The position numbers and the translations under genes were made by a program. This document shows, piece by piece, positions 20,311 through 31,957 of a DNA stretch of 64,000 bases; position 1 is the stretch's first letter; each line of letters begins with the position of its first letter. The DNA is from Balanoglossus misakiensis (Eukaryota > Animalia > Hemichordata), in contig JBECUI020000040.1 of assembly GCA_040954595.2 (NCBI GenBank), positions 55,026 through 119,025 on the forward strand, in the 5' to 3' direction. Below the pieces are notes generated by a model that ran no database searches, was not told the DNA's origin, and saw nothing but the letters and a program-made list of their open reading frames with translations.

Positions 20311-23300
20311 CTACTCCCTGGGCATCAGCTCAAGAATAAGTTCCACTTCCGCTCGGCTCAGGCCAGTGTTCCGAGAAATTTCTTCGGAATTCCAGCCTTC
20401 ACGAGCCAACTTGACTACCACTTCCCGGATTTCCATATCGGGAGAACCAGCAGATTTGTTCTCATGTTTGGTAATGGCTCCCAACAGGCGTACCTTCTGC
20501 TGGGCCTCCTTGGTAATGCTCTCCAAACGTGTTTCAATGCGGGCCAACCACTCCCTGGATTTATTCAAATCCTGTATACGTTCCTCTTGCTCCTTCACTG
20601 TGCTGTCAATAATAGAAAGCTGGTCCATAATCAGGGTTACTCTTTCCTCATCCTCCAGCAGTCTCCCCTGCCGTTCCAAAACTATCCCTAAGTCGGTTCT
20701 AAGGGGGAATAATATTTTTTTCCAGGTCTTTAATGCTTCCTTCCAGTCCACTTACCTGATCAAGGTTCTTGTCAATTCTTTCCACTGTGCTGTCCAGAAT
20801 AATAGATTTTTTTTCCAATCTTCCATATTTCTTTATCAGATCAGTATTAAGGCCTTCCAATTGCTTTAAGCGAATATAAAGATCCTGGAGGGAATCGTGG
20901 GTGTCGGTGACCCGGTCAAGTTTAAGTTCCACCGATTCGGAAAGGCTGACAATCCTGGTAATCTTTCCCTCCAGGGTCTCTACCTTCTTCTGCTCTACAA
21001 GGAAACGAGTGATTTTATCCGAAACTTCTTCGTAAAGCCTGATAATTCGTTCATACTCCTTCCGAATGGGGGCCAGCTCAATATGCTTTGTCTCCACGGC
21101 CTGTAACTGCTTGGTTAGTTCCGCTATGTCTTCCTCCAAATCCATTTTGAGCTCATTGGCCCGCTCAAAAACCCTGGTCTCAGAGATAAAGTCTTTCTGC
21201 CTGTGCTCAAGTTCCTCCAGGGTCTTGCCCAAACGACTACTTTCTTCTTTCAGCTGCAAGGACATGTTCTGACGCTCTCTTTGCGCTTTTTCTCTGGCTT
21301 CGGAAACAGACTGACGGAGTTCCCGGACTTTTCTATCCATCTCTTCTCGGAATTCCCGGGAATTCTTTTGAAACTTCAATAGGAAAGTCTCGGCCTCTTC
21401 CTTGAGTTTTTCAAGGGATTCACGGGAAATTCCTTCTAATTCCGAATGCAACCTGGTTACCTGGTCGTCTAAGGAGACAATTTCCTTGCGAAGGGCGGCA
21501 CGCTCTTCCTGAGAAGACAGCAGTAGCTCTTCGGTACGGTCCGCAAACTCATCCCGTAGCTGCCCTAGAGAAGAATCCATATGAATCTTGAGTTCAGCGA
21601 TTCCCTCTTCGGCCCTTCTACGAGTATCATTCTGGTCCTGATCAAGTATGCCACGCCAGTTTTCAGATTCATTCCTGGTTTGTTCCACTTCCCCTCTCAG
21701 CCCTTCCAGCTCTACAGTAATTCCACCAGAGAAATCAGAAAGTTTCTGTGTGATGGCCTTCTGGGCATCCTTCAACTTTGACCCGGCATCTCCCTTAAAA
21801 ACTTCCATTAACCGAAGGAATTCACTTTTTGAAGCTTCACGGCTTCTGCTGATTTCCTGGTTCAGTTCATCCTTAAAGACTTCGATTCCCTCTTCTCCAG
21901 AACGAACGCGTAAAAGCAGGACATTCCTGAATTCTTCAATCTGAGCCTGAAATGTCTCAAATTGTTCCAACGTTTTCTCCTGAATCAGGGTAAGTTTCTG
22001 CTTGACTTCCACCCCGTAACGATGTTCGAGATCCTCTCGTTCCCGAGAATATTGACGAGTCAGATCTTCCAAACGCACATCCAGATCCCGGCGCCACCCC
22101 TCCAGAGCTTTTCGCATTTCCTCTTCCCGCTGCTTCAAATCGGTAAAAAAATCATCTTCAAACACCTGTAGTTTTTCTGAAACACTAAGGTAGGCCCTGG
22201 TCTTGAGTTCCTCCAGTCTTCGCTCAAGGTTGGCTACTTCCTGCTGGACCTGGGACAGGGCCCCTTCCTGACGGGTCATTTCCCGTTCACGACGTTCAAC
22301 CATGTCGGAATCAAAAACCCTGAAGACCTCCTCAACCTCCTTGGTAACCTGATTCTGAGAGGCTTTCAGACTCGCTTCCAAGGCGTCCATATCGCTAATA
22401 AAACCTTCCAGACGGGAAAAACGCCCCTCAATACTCTTGCGGAAGTTCAGCTGATCCTCCTCCACCTCCTGCAGTAGAGAGTTTTCCTTGGCTTCAATAG
22501 ACTCAAGGGTTTTTGCTCGAAGGTCTGAGAGGATACTGCTGATTTCAATCTTTTCCTTCTCGACCTGAGCACCAAAATTCTTCCAGGAGGCATCGGCATT
22601 AGCCAAGGACTGCTCCAGATGACCAGAAGCCTCTTTCACTTCCTTGTGGAAGATCCTTAAACGTTCGGTATTGTCCTGTTCCCAGTTTTCCCAGTTGCCT
22701 TTTAGAGAACGGAAACCCCCTTCCATCTTTTCCACCATGCCCGAGACTGTTTCCTGTGATTTTTCCAGGCTGGACATCCAATTTTTTTCTAACTGGCTAT
22801 TGTGAGTTTCGATCTTGCTTTTTAGGGAGGAAAAAGCTTCATCTTCCAAGAGAAGCCCTCTTTCGGCTACCTTGCGGAAGCGTTCACGGTAGCTTACTTC
22901 TTCTCTATCCAGTAAATCCCTGAACTTCTCCAAATGCTCCGATAGAGTTTCGTCCCTATGGGTTTCCAGTTCGCCCATCGTTTCCTGGTACAAGGCCAGT
23001 TGCCGGTCGCTTTCTTTCAGGTTGTCCTGTAAGACAAGAAAATCTTTTTCTAACTTGGAAAAACTCTCATCTCGAAAGGCCAGGAAACGTTCGTTATCTT
23101 TCATAGCAAATTCTATGGCTTTTTGTTCCAGGGAGTCTTCAAATTCTTCTAAGACACCTTGAACTTCAGTTAAGCGTTTACCCACATGATCGACATAGTT
23201 CGATTCGCTTTTCAGCCGCATCAGATTCTCATTCACTCGCAAAGCAAGCTCGTTAAGTTCTTCCAAAGCTCGCTCGTGGGCTTCAATGTTCTCAATACGG

Positions 23301-23578
23301 GTTTCCAATTCTTCAGATTTCTTAAGAAAATTTTCCTGGGCTTCCTGAGCCCGGTTAAGAATTTCCCGGACAGTCTTATCCTTTATCTCAAGATCTACCG
23401 ACAAATCCTGTAGAATCAGCTCCCGTTCTCGCACGATTGCATCCAATTCACCCTTGGCCTTGTCGGCATACCGCCGCACTTTTTCCAGACTACGTCCTGT
23501 CTTGTCCCAGCGCCGAAAAAACAGCAGGGAAATCAATATCAGGGCCATGACAAGGAAGTCGCCTACATCAAAGATCAC
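20311..23578 (-). CDS. SpiroCoCo-type giant coiled-coil protein (~1090 aa; frameshift near 20720-20750)
   Basis: N-term TM + DKTGRSLEKVRRY; long heptad-rich body; C-term REVVVKLAREGWNSEEISRNTGLSRAEVELILE HTH-like tail. Confidence 0.85.
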
Positions 23579-24250
23579 CTTTGCAGTCCTTTTCTGATTT
23601 GAGCATCCAGACTGTGGTAATCTCTGAAGATGGTCACGTCCTGGGGAATATGACGCCTGGGTACCCTCATCAAAGCTCCCCGCATCCCAACAGCCTCGGC
23701 ACCATGAACATCGATCTTAAGACGATCTCCCACATAGAGTATTGAATAGGGCTCTACACCAAGTTTCTCGGCCATGAGAAGGAAGGGTTCCGGTTGCGGC
23801 TTGAGTTGTCCGATATCCTGGTAGCTAAGAACCAGGTCAAAAAGATCCTCTATTCCAAAATACTTCAGCTTGCTCCCCACTGGAAAATCCGAAAGGGCCG
23901 CCAACTTCAGACCCAGGTCTTTCAAGCCGACCAAGGTTTCCCGCACATGGGGATAAGGTTGAACATGTCGGAAACATTTTTCCCATTTTTTAAAAAATAA
24001 TTTTGTCTCTGTAGCTCCGAGCCTTTTCCCTGCTCAGGTTCATATCTTCCGCCAACAGACGAACTTCCATGGCATCAATATCATCAAGTCTTCCTAGCTG
24101 CCGCAACTTGGTCCGAATCCGACTAAAGGCTAAAATAAGTCTACTATGCGCAAGGAAGAAAGCTATGGAACACATTCGTATCCGCCAGTTAGGATAGAGA
24201 GTCCCATCTATATCAAAGCCTACAGCCGACAACTCCAAGTCTTTTAACAT
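23575..24250 (-). CDS. HAD-family hydrolase (frameshift near 23995)
   Basis: FDIDGTLY motif I; LSDFP, KPQPEPF, YVGD. Confidence 0.9.
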
Positions 24251-24288
24251 TACCCAAGCTGACCCCTGACAACAAGTTCTCGAAAGGA

Positions 24289-25286
24289 TTAATCGATAAA
24301 GCGGTAGGTTATACGGCCCTTCACGCGACGACCTGTGTCGTTATAATATACCCAACGACTCAATCCGTAACTACCGCATCTTCGATTCGGGGATCACTGC
24401 CGTGATTAATAATACGAATATCCTGCAACTCGGCACCTCGAGTTCCCTGGGAAGGGAGCACCGTGAATTCAAGGCTGATGGGTCTAGGTTCCAACTGCCG
24501 GGATTCAGCCTGTGTACGATCATAATTCAGAGCCTGAGATAGAAGGCTCCAATAATAGGGTCTGTCCTCCATAGGGATAGATGAAGTCTTGAGCCATTCA
24601 TCAAAATTAGGCTCCCAATATCGCTCAATTTCGCTCCTAACTGTCTCTGAGCTCATCCCCATGTAACTCTTGGCTCCTGCTACAAGTCTGTCGGGAAGGG
24701 ATTCTGGAAGGGGGAAATAGTTGGAAATAAAATCGTAGGCCCCTGCCCTGCCAATTTCCTCGGATGAACCTTCAAAATTCATTTCATAGGAATTACCATG
24801 TTCCCTGCCCTTGACCTGGGAAGAGGAGGGGGCTGGAGGTTCTGCGGAAGAAGCGGAAGCCGTGGAAGGGGGAGGCGCGGCAGAAACAGGTACATCAACT
24901 GGGGCAGCAATCCCCTCTCCAGAAGATGCTGTGGGCTCAGTAGGGGGGGCAAGGGCCTGAGGGGATTCCTCTGTGGGGACAGGAGAAGAGGCTGTTCCCT
25001 CTGGCAAAGAAGTCGCCTCAGGCTCTCGCAGCTCCTGAGGCTCCTGAGGGGGGAGTTCGGGAGAGGGGGGATCTTTCACCACGGAGTCCAGATTCTGCCT
25101 TGGGGATTCTAAAGATTCAGGAGTGCCAATTCTAACCAGCACCGGCCCCTCCCAGGCCCCCAATTCCTTTACAGTCAGACGCTCAAAGAGCCATCCTGCA
25201 AAAAAAATACTCCCGTGGAGAACCAAAGCCAACAGAATCGCAAGCATAAGTCGGCGATTGTCAATCTTGGCTCTCAAAGTGGTCAT
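24289..25286 (-). CDS. tonB: TonB-like energy transducer (frameshift near 24368)
   Basis: N-term TM with ALVLHG, Pro/Glu-rich linker, C-term ...IEDAVV / YGLSRWVYYN...RVKGRITYRFID*; follows exbBD. Confidence 0.8.
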
Positions 25287-25702
25287 GGTTCTTCTCCCAA
25301 AGGCAGAGTAATGAGGTTGACTCTACCCATGCCTCCCAAACGGATTTCATCGAGAACTTTGACAATAGTTTCATAGGCAACATTCCTGCCCCCCTCAACC
25401 AACAAGGCCGTATCCGTCTTAAAACGTCCCTCGGTACTTTGTCGTTGTAGCTCCTCTCCCAGCGAAGTCAGCGGCACCAAATCCCGATTAAGATAAACTT
25501 CCTCTTCGGAGACCACCGTAACTCTGATTTCAGTAACTTCAACAGCTTCACTGGTTCTGGAATTGGGAAGTTCCAGTTCTATTCCCGGCGCCGTATTGAA
25601 AACACTGGAAATCATGAAAAAAATGACCAATTGGAAAACTACATCAATTAAAGGGGTAAGATCTATTGCGGTATGCGGCTTCAAACGCTGCCTGAGGATC
25701 AT
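25283..25702 (-). CDS. exbD: ExbD/TolR biopolymer transport protein
   Basis: IDLTPLIDVVFQLVIFFMI. Confidence 0.95.
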   Translation of the reverse strand: MILRQRLKPHTAIDLTPLIDVVFQLVIFFMISSVFNTAPGIELELPNSRTSEAVEVTEIRVTVVSEEEVYLNRDLVPLTSLGEELQRQSTEGRFKTDTALLVEGGRNVAYETIVKVLDEIRLGGMGRVNLITLPLGEEP

Positions 25703-26322
25703 CCTTTTCCATCTCCCCTGCTGCCTTCAATCAATAGGATCATCTCGTTTACCTGGTTCTCCATACGGACAATCAGCTTGTTCACTCGTTCTACTAAAAG
25801 ATTATGGAAGATCACTGCAGGAATGGAAACAATCAAGCCTGCGGCAGTGGTAATCAAAGCCTCGGAAATGCCTTTGGCAAGGATTGAGGGATCGCTAATG
25901 GAACCGAAACGTCCAAGAACCCCAAAGGCCTCAATGTTTCCCGTCACGGTTCCCAGCAATCCCAAAAGCGGGCAAATATGGGCAATCGTTCCCAAGGCAC
26001 CTATATTTTTCTCTAGGTGGGGAACCTCTTGGGCAGCCGCATCTTTTAGAAATTCCTTACGCTCATAGGGAGGATATTCACGGTGCTCTATGCTTATCTT
26101 GAGCAGCGAACTAAAGGGGGATGGAGTCGCATCGCAGATAGCCAGGGCCTCGTCAAAATGCCCCTTAGCAAGGGCCGCTCGAACCCTAAGAAAAAGTTTT
26201 TCTTCATCGGTCTTTATGCGTTTGAAATAAAGAAAACGTTCAATAGTAATAATAGCGGCGACAATGGACAGAAACATAATAACCCACAGCACCACTCCTC
26301 CTTTAATTAACAGATCCAACAT
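25699..26322 (-). CDS. exbB: ExbB/TolQ/MotA proton channel
   Basis: PLLGLLGTVTG, GISEALITTAAGL. Confidence 0.95.
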   Translation of the reverse strand: MLDLLIKGGVVLWVIMFLSIVAAIITIERFLYFKRIKTDEEKLFLRVRAALAKGHFDEALAICDATPSPFSSLLKISIEHREYPPYERKEFLKDAAAQEVPHLEKNIGALGTIAHICPLLGLLGTVTGNIEAFGVLGRFGSISDPSILAKGISEALITTAAGLIVSIPAVIFHNLLVERVNKLIVRMENQVNEMILLIEGSRGDGKG

Positions 26323-26350
26323 TGAATGCTCCTACAAAAAATCAGACTCT

Positions 26351-27862
26351 TCAGGGCTTAGACATCAAGGGTAAGGGAACCGAAACAAAATTTTTAGGAA
26401 TATCGGCCCGACTCAAATGGACATAGATCTCGGGTTTGATGGGTTCACTGCTTGTACCTAGAGAGGCATATTGCACCGCCAATTGGGTCAGTTTTGCGGT
26501 TAGATCAGGAACGGTCTGTGTACCCGGAAGAGACAGAACCTCCCGATCTTGCCCCGTATCCAGGGCAGCTACCCGAAAAAGACCTGAGGTCTCAAACCAG
26601 GGAACCAGGGCAAGCACATGCCAATGCTGATGTATGGGCAGGGGGTTAGAGGTATCTTGAAGGACGAAGCGTGAACTTATGGAGGCAAACCAGACCGTTC
26701 CCGGCCTCTGTGCGGCCAAAATGTAGAGAAGAGCATTGAGTTCTTCTAAAGGGTAGCCTCGGTTCTTCCTGTAATGCAGCCAGGGAATATCGGTTACCTC
26801 AAGTTCCGACATCTCTGCCTGAAGAAGAGAACGTCCCAACCGGGTTTCTTCTACAGCCCTGACCAGATTACGGCTCCAATCCAGGCCAAACCAGGGATCC
26901 CGCAGCAAACCTTTTCCTCTGAGTTCCTTCCTCAACGAGACTTCCTTGGCGCTAAGGGTATTATTCCAGGAGGGATTTTGTTCCTCTTCCACTGTGGCGG
27001 CCTTCAGTGATTCAAGGTCAAGATAGAGAGTACCAGGCTGCCCCGCCCAGGCGCTGTAGAGACCATCGGCAATCCATTTGACATATCCTGAGCAATTAAA
27101 TCCCGTGTACCCGGCCTCCAGAATTTCTTTTGCCAGAGAGGTTCCGTCTTCAATGAGCACATTTCTGCCCCAGCCGTCCAGAGCTGCATCATCTACCTCC
27201 ACAATCTGCTCATGAAACTTGCTGACCTCTCTTACCAGAGACTTAGATTGCTGGTGGCCGTAGAGCCGAAGGTCAGGAAAGATCAAGGACCAGTCAACCA
27301 CAGAAGAAGAAAGGTAGAGAATTCTGGCAAAGGGTGAGGTAAGCAGTTCTACAAAAGAAGCACCGAGCAACACTTCGGAACTGATTCGTTTCCCGTAGAG
27401 GTATAGGTCCATTCGGCTTCGATTGCCCAACATGGGAAAAATTCGCACAAAGGTGTTCTCATCGTCCTGAAGAAATATTTTTGCTTGGTCATACTGCCCG
27501 GTGAAAAGATTTTTTTTTACAATCCAGGTGCCCCGACCCCACAGGGGGTAGCTGTCATAGGGAATTTCTCCCCGCTGATTTCGGAAAATCAGATACCAGT
27601 ATTCAGCCGCACGACGCGCCTCAAAACGAACAATCTTCCCATCTGAAACCTGCTTAAAGGTGTCGAATTCCGCTTCTATTGAGGGATAGGCAGGAGCTTT
27701 CAACACGGAGGCAAAGGCCAGGCGAGTTTCATCATTTTCCTGGAATTGAGAATGTTCCAGCATACTACGCCAGGGCCCCCAATCGGCTTCTGAGGCATCT
27801 AAGCCAGAAGGAATGAATCTCAAGAGCAGAAGGGCAATACTCCAGAAACGAATCCTCATCAT
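26351..27862 (-). CDS. Exported hypothetical protein with NlpC/P60-like motif
   Basis: Signal peptide; GFNCSGYVKW; downstream HQHWHV. Confidence 0.7.
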   Translation of the reverse strand: MMRIRFWSIALLLLRFIPSGLDASEADWGPWRSMLEHSQFQENDETRLAFASVLKAPAYPSIEAEFDTFKQVSDGKIVRFEARRAAEYWYLIFRNQRGEIPYDSYPLWGRGTWIVKKNLFTGQYDQAKIFLQDDENTFVRIFPMLGNRSRMDLYLYGKRISSEVLLGASFVELLTSPFARILYLSSSVVDWSLIFPDLRLYGHQQSKSLVREVSKFHEQIVEVDDAALDGWGRNVLIEDGTSLAKEILEAGYTGFNCSGYVKWIADGLYSAWAGQPGTLYLDLESLKAATVEEEQNPSWNNTLSAKEVSLRKELRGKGLLRDPWFGLDWSRNLVRAVEETRLGRSLLQAEMSELEVTDIPWLHYRKNRGYPLEELNALLYILAAQRPGTVWFASISSRFVLQDTSNPLPIHQHWHVLALVPWFETSGLFRVAALDTGQDREVLSLPGTQTVPDLTAKLTQLAVQYASLGTSSEPIKPEIYVHLSRADIPKNFVSVPLPLMSKP

Positions 27863-29196
27863 CTATTCTCCCTGAGCTCCAGGTTTACAGGAACTGAGCT
27901 AAAACGGAATTCCCGACGGATCTGATTGATCAGATAGCGCTTATAAAAATCAGGAAAGCCTTGGGTCCTATTCACAAAGACAACAAAACGAACAGGATGT
28001 GTCGATACCTGCGTAAGATACTTCACTTTAAAGACCCTGCCTCGATGCATCGGTGGAGGGTTTAGCGCAAGCCATTCCCTCAATGCCTTGTTGAGTTCGG
28101 CTGTCTCCACCCGGAAGCGCTGTTGACGATCTACTTTAAGAATTGTATCTAAAAGTAATTTTGTTCCTTGCCCATTAATGGCCGAGAGGGAAACAAGGGG
28201 TGCCCAATCTAAAACGGGGAACCGGAAACGGATCTTCTCTTCAAGATCAACAAGAAGCTTCTTATCTCCCTTCAAAAGATCCCCCTTATTCAAGGCCATG
28301 ACCAAGGCACAGTCACGTTTGACAGCCTGAGCCGCAATTTTTTTGTCCTGGTCGGAAATCCCTCTGCCAACTTCCAGAAGAAGGACCGTTACATCCGCTT
28401 CCGCCATGGCCCTAATGGCCCGGTTGACTGAATAATACTCCACATTCTCCCGAACGCTACGCCTGCGTCTAATGCCTGCAGTATCCAAAACCCGAAGATG
28501 CTGCCCCTTATAGGTAAAATTACTTCTCACGATATCTCGTGTTGTTCCGGGAACAGAGGAAACCAGAGAGCTCTCGCTGTTGGTCAGATGGTTAGCCAAT
28601 GTGGATTTACCGGCATTGGGTCGACCTATCAAAGCCAAGCGTATCGTAGGGACTGGAAGTTCTCTGATCTCCTTGCCTTTGTGGGATTTAAGACCCTGCT
28701 TTATTCTCTCCTTGAGAAGGTCAATGTTGCGCCCATGACTTGCCGAAATAGCCAGCGGCGTCCCCCAACCCAAAGCATGGTATTCATGGACTTCATGATC
28801 TTTCTCTGGGGAATCAATCTTGTTAACCAGAAGCAGGATTTCTTCCTTTTCCTGCCGAAGCTCCTCCGCAATGGTTTGATCCTCTCCAGTAAGTCCCCCT
28901 CTTTCCACAATGAAGAGCACCAAATCAGCATTCCTTATCATCTCCAGACTTCTTTTGGCTACAATACTATCAAAAACCTCATCTCGGTTTACCTTGATAC
29001 CTCCAGTGTCCACCAAACGGATGGGAAGGCCGTCCAGAAGGCAATCTTCTTCCAGGGCATCTCTGGTTACCCCCGGGCTTGAATGAGTAATGGCCCGCTG
29101 ACTGCCATAAAGGCGATTGTATAAGGTTGATTTTCCTACATTGGGGCGGCCGACAATAACAACCCGAGGGGGAAATGCATTGTTTTGTGAAGTCAT
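27859..29196 (-). CDS. der: Ribosome biogenesis GTPase Der (EngA)
   Basis: Two G domains: GRPNVGKS/DTGG/NKID and GRPNAGKS/DTAG/NKGD; KH-like tail. Confidence 0.97.
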   Translation of the reverse strand: MTSQNNAFPPRVVIVGRPNVGKSTLYNRLYGSQRAITHSSPGVTRDALEEDCLLDGLPIRLVDTGGIKVNRDEVFDSIVAKRSLEMIRNADLVLFIVERGGLTGEDQTIAEELRQEKEEILLLVNKIDSPEKDHEVHEYHALGWGTPLAISASHGRNIDLLKERIKQGLKSHKGKEIRELPVPTIRLALIGRPNAGKSTLANHLTNSESSLVSSVPGTTRDIVRSNFTYKGQHLRVLDTAGIRRRRSVRENVEYYSVNRAIRAMAEADVTVLLLEVGRGISDQDKKIAAQAVKRDCALVMALNKGDLLKGDKKLLVDLEEKIRFRFPVLDWAPLVSLSAINGQGTKLLLDTILKVDRQQRFRVETAELNKALREWLALNPPPMHRGRVFKVKYLTQVSTHPVRFVVFVNRTQGFPDFYKRYLINQIRREFRFSSVPVNLELRENR

Positions 29197-29392
29197 ATTT
29201 TCATCTTTCCTGTTACTGTCAGACTATACAACAATATACTCTTGGAAGCCACGAAAAGAAACAACAGACTTCAGGCACATAAAAAAATTTAATAGCATCT
29301 TTTTCCTTTACTGTATAATCAATATAGAGGCCCTATTGCCCTCTGTCAAATCTCAAGGAAATTACCCTGGAAGAAATGCATGAAATCACGGT

Positions 29393-30196
29393 ATGCTAAG
29401 GTCTATGAAGAAAAAATCACCTCCCCGTAAAAAAGTTTCTCCTCCCCAAAAAAAATCCGCTATTAACAACAGAACAAGGGGAACTTCCAAAAGAAAAAAA
29501 CGGGACAGACTGACCCCTTTTTTGCTTGTGATTGCTCTGAGCCTTCTAATCCTCGTTATTCTTTCTTTCAATCAGAATTTTCTTTCTGCTGTTTTCCCCA
29601 ATATGGCTCCCGATTCAGGAACTTCCCCTCCTCCTCAGGTAAAGATGGAGCAGCCACCGGAAAAAACGCCTCCCCCCCTGCCCGAGACTCTTCTTGAAAC
29701 CCCGCCGGAGGAGCCCATCATGGAGGAATCCGTAACCGATATTTCTGGTCCGGAACTCTTGCCTGACGGGGAGGAAACAAAACTGCGAATTTTCCTGGTA
29801 AAAATAGATAAGGATAGAGGTCAAATTACTCTCAAGGGTGTTCTGCGAACTGTTCACCGATCAAGCATTCCTCTTACTCAGGCTCTTAGAAGTCTTCTTA
29901 ATGGCCCCCAGTCAGCAGAATTGAGTAAGGGTTATCTTTCCCTTATTCCAGAAAAAGTAAAGCTCTTGGGAGTCCATGTTGAAGATGAAATTGCCTGGAT
30001 TGATTTCAATGAGACATTTCGCTTCAATGCTCTAGGAATTGAGGGTTACAGTGCCCAGGTGGAACAAGTTGTTTACACGGCCACCGAATTTCTTACTGTT
30101 TCTAAAGTTCAAATTCTTATTGAAGGCCAGAAATTAGACTATCTAGGAGCCGAAGGCTTCTGGATAGGAGGACCTCTGGGACGAGAAGATTTCTAG
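29393..30196 (+). CDS. GerMN-domain membrane protein
   Basis: Basic N-term, TM, Pro-rich linker; ALRSLLNGP, SLIP, QVVYTATEF..V..VQILIEG. Confidence 0.88.
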   Translation: MLRSMKKKSPPRKKVSPPQKKSAINNRTRGTSKRKKRDRLTPFLLVIALSLLILVILSFNQNFLSAVFPNMAPDSGTSPPPQVKMEQPPEKTPPPLPETLLETPPEEPIMEESVTDISGPELLPDGEETKLRIFLVKIDKDRGQITLKGVLRTVHRSSIPLTQALRSLLNGPQSAELSKGYLSLIPEKVKLLGVHVEDEIAWIDFNETFRFNALGIEGYSAQVEQVVYTATEFLTVSKVQILIEGQKLDYLGAEGFWIGGPLGREDF

Positions 30197-30350
30197 GAGC
30201 CAGGAAATGAATGGCCCTCAGGGACTCAAAGTTAGAAGGGATAGGCATTCGGTTCTACTATTTCCCCCCAAAGGACAGGCTAGAATTTTTCCTGCCCACT
30301 GAAATCCCCCCCAGGAGGGGAGAATTTCCAGCAAGCAAAAAAACACAATT

Positions 30351-31895
30351 TCAGCAGGCGTACTCTACTACCCGGGTTTCTCTAATGATGGTCACCTTGA
30401 TGCGCCCAGGATACTGTAGTTCGCTCTCTATCCGCTTAGCTATAACTTTAGCCAGCTGCTTCGACTGTGGATCATCGATGTCATTCTGGTTCACTACGAT
30501 ACGGAGTTCTCTCCCCGCCTGCATGGCAAAAACTTTCTCCACACCCCGAAAATCCCGGGCAATTTTCTCCAGGTTCTCAAGACGTTTCGTATAACTATCT
30601 AGAGTTTCCCGTCGTGCACCGGGACGAGATGCAGAAATCGTATCAGCAATTTGAATGAGGATTCCTTCAGGCGAAATAATTTCCTCATCTTCATGATGGG
30701 CGGCAACAGCATTGACCACCCGGGGGTCCTCCCCCAAACGGCGAAGTAAATCGCCACCCGATTCGGCATGATTGCCTTCACTATCGCCTTCTATTCCCTT
30801 ACCAATATCATGGAACAAGGCACCCCGTTTCGCGATGGAAATATCTGCCCCCACTTCACTAGCAAGCATTCCGGCAATCATGGATACTTCTTTGGAGTGA
30901 GCCAGAACATTCTGTCCATAACTAGTTCGAAAATGGAGACGTCCCAAAGCTCGGATAGCTTCAGAACGCACATTATGAATACCTAAGTCGAAAAGGGTCT
31001 TTTCTCCCTCTTCGTAAATTATTTTTTCTACCTCTTTGGTTATTCTCTGAACAACTTCCTCAATTCGGGCAGGATGAATCCGGCCATCGGCAATGAGCAG
31101 TTCCAGAGAACTTTTAGCAATATATTTCCGAATGGGATTAAAACAGGAAATGACTACGGCCTCAGGTGTATCATCAATAATGACGTCTGCACCTGTGATG
31201 CTTTCCAATGTGCGGATATTCCGCCCCTCACGTCCGATAATCCTTCCTTTCATTTCATCATTAGGCAAGCTTACCGACGTAACGGTTACCTCAGAGGTAA
31301 CCTCGGCAGCCAGCCTTTGAATTGTAGTAACAAGAATATCCCTCGCCTTTTTCTCGGCAGAGAACTTAGCTTCTTGCTCAATCTTATTGACCAGAAGCAA
31401 GGCATCATAATGAGCCTCTTTCTCCATCTCCTGGATCAATTGTTTTTTTGCTTCCTCAGCGGTCAGTCCAGATATTTTTTCCAGTTCAACTTGCCATTGT
31501 TTTTCTGCTTTTGTAAGCCAGGCTTGTTTTTCGTCCAGAGTTGTCTGATAACTTTTCATTTCAGAAGAACGACGATCTAATTCTAAAGCCTTCTTATCAA
31601 TCCTATCTTCTTTTTTCTGGATTCTTTTCTCGGAATTTTGAAGTTCACTTCGTAGGCTGCGAACCTCCGCCTCAAATCGGCGTCGATCTCCAAGCAGTTG
31701 ATTTTGGGCTTCAACAAGAATTTCTTTCTTAACTTGTTCAGCCTCTTTCTCTGCTTCGGTAATTGCATTTTTTTTGGTTCTTGCAGCCTTTTGCTCCACC
31801 GATACGTAGCGGAACTTAGCGTATAGCCAACGAATTGTCCAACCAAGAATCAACCCGCCGAGGGGAAAAAGTATTAAGAACTCGACACTTCGCAT
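30351..31895 (-). CDS. rny: Ribonuclease Y
   Basis: N-term TM, coiled coil, KH (KGRIIGREGRNIR), HD (HDIGK), SASRPGAR. Confidence 0.97.
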   Translation of the reverse strand: MRSVEFLILFPLGGLILGWTIRWLYAKFRYVSVEQKAARTKKNAITEAEKEAEQVKKEILVEAQNQLLGDRRRFEAEVRSLRSELQNSEKRIQKKEDRIDKKALELDRRSSEMKSYQTTLDEKQAWLTKAEKQWQVELEKISGLTAEEAKKQLIQEMEKEAHYDALLLVNKIEQEAKFSAEKKARDILVTTIQRLAAEVTSEVTVTSVSLPNDEMKGRIIGREGRNIRTLESITGADVIIDDTPEAVVISCFNPIRKYIAKSSLELLIADGRIHPARIEEVVQRITKEVEKIIYEEGEKTLFDLGIHNVRSEAIRALGRLHFRTSYGQNVLAHSKEVSMIAGMLASEVGADISIAKRGALFHDIGKGIEGDSEGNHAESGGDLLRRLGEDPRVVNAVAAHHEDEEIISPEGILIQIADTISASRPGARRETLDSYTKRLENLEKIARDFRGVEKVFAMQAGRELRIVVNQNDIDDPQSKQLAKVIAKRIESELQYPGRIKVTIIRETRVVEYAC

Positions 31896-31929
31896 AATCC
31901 CCCCCAGGATGTTTCTATAATCTAAGGAT

Positions 31930-31957
31930 ATTATACCACAAATTTCAACAACGTCAA
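31930..31957 (-). promoter_or_regulatory. sigma70 promoter of rny
   Basis: TTGACG-16 bp-TATAAT with TG extension on minus strand. Confidence 0.65.
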
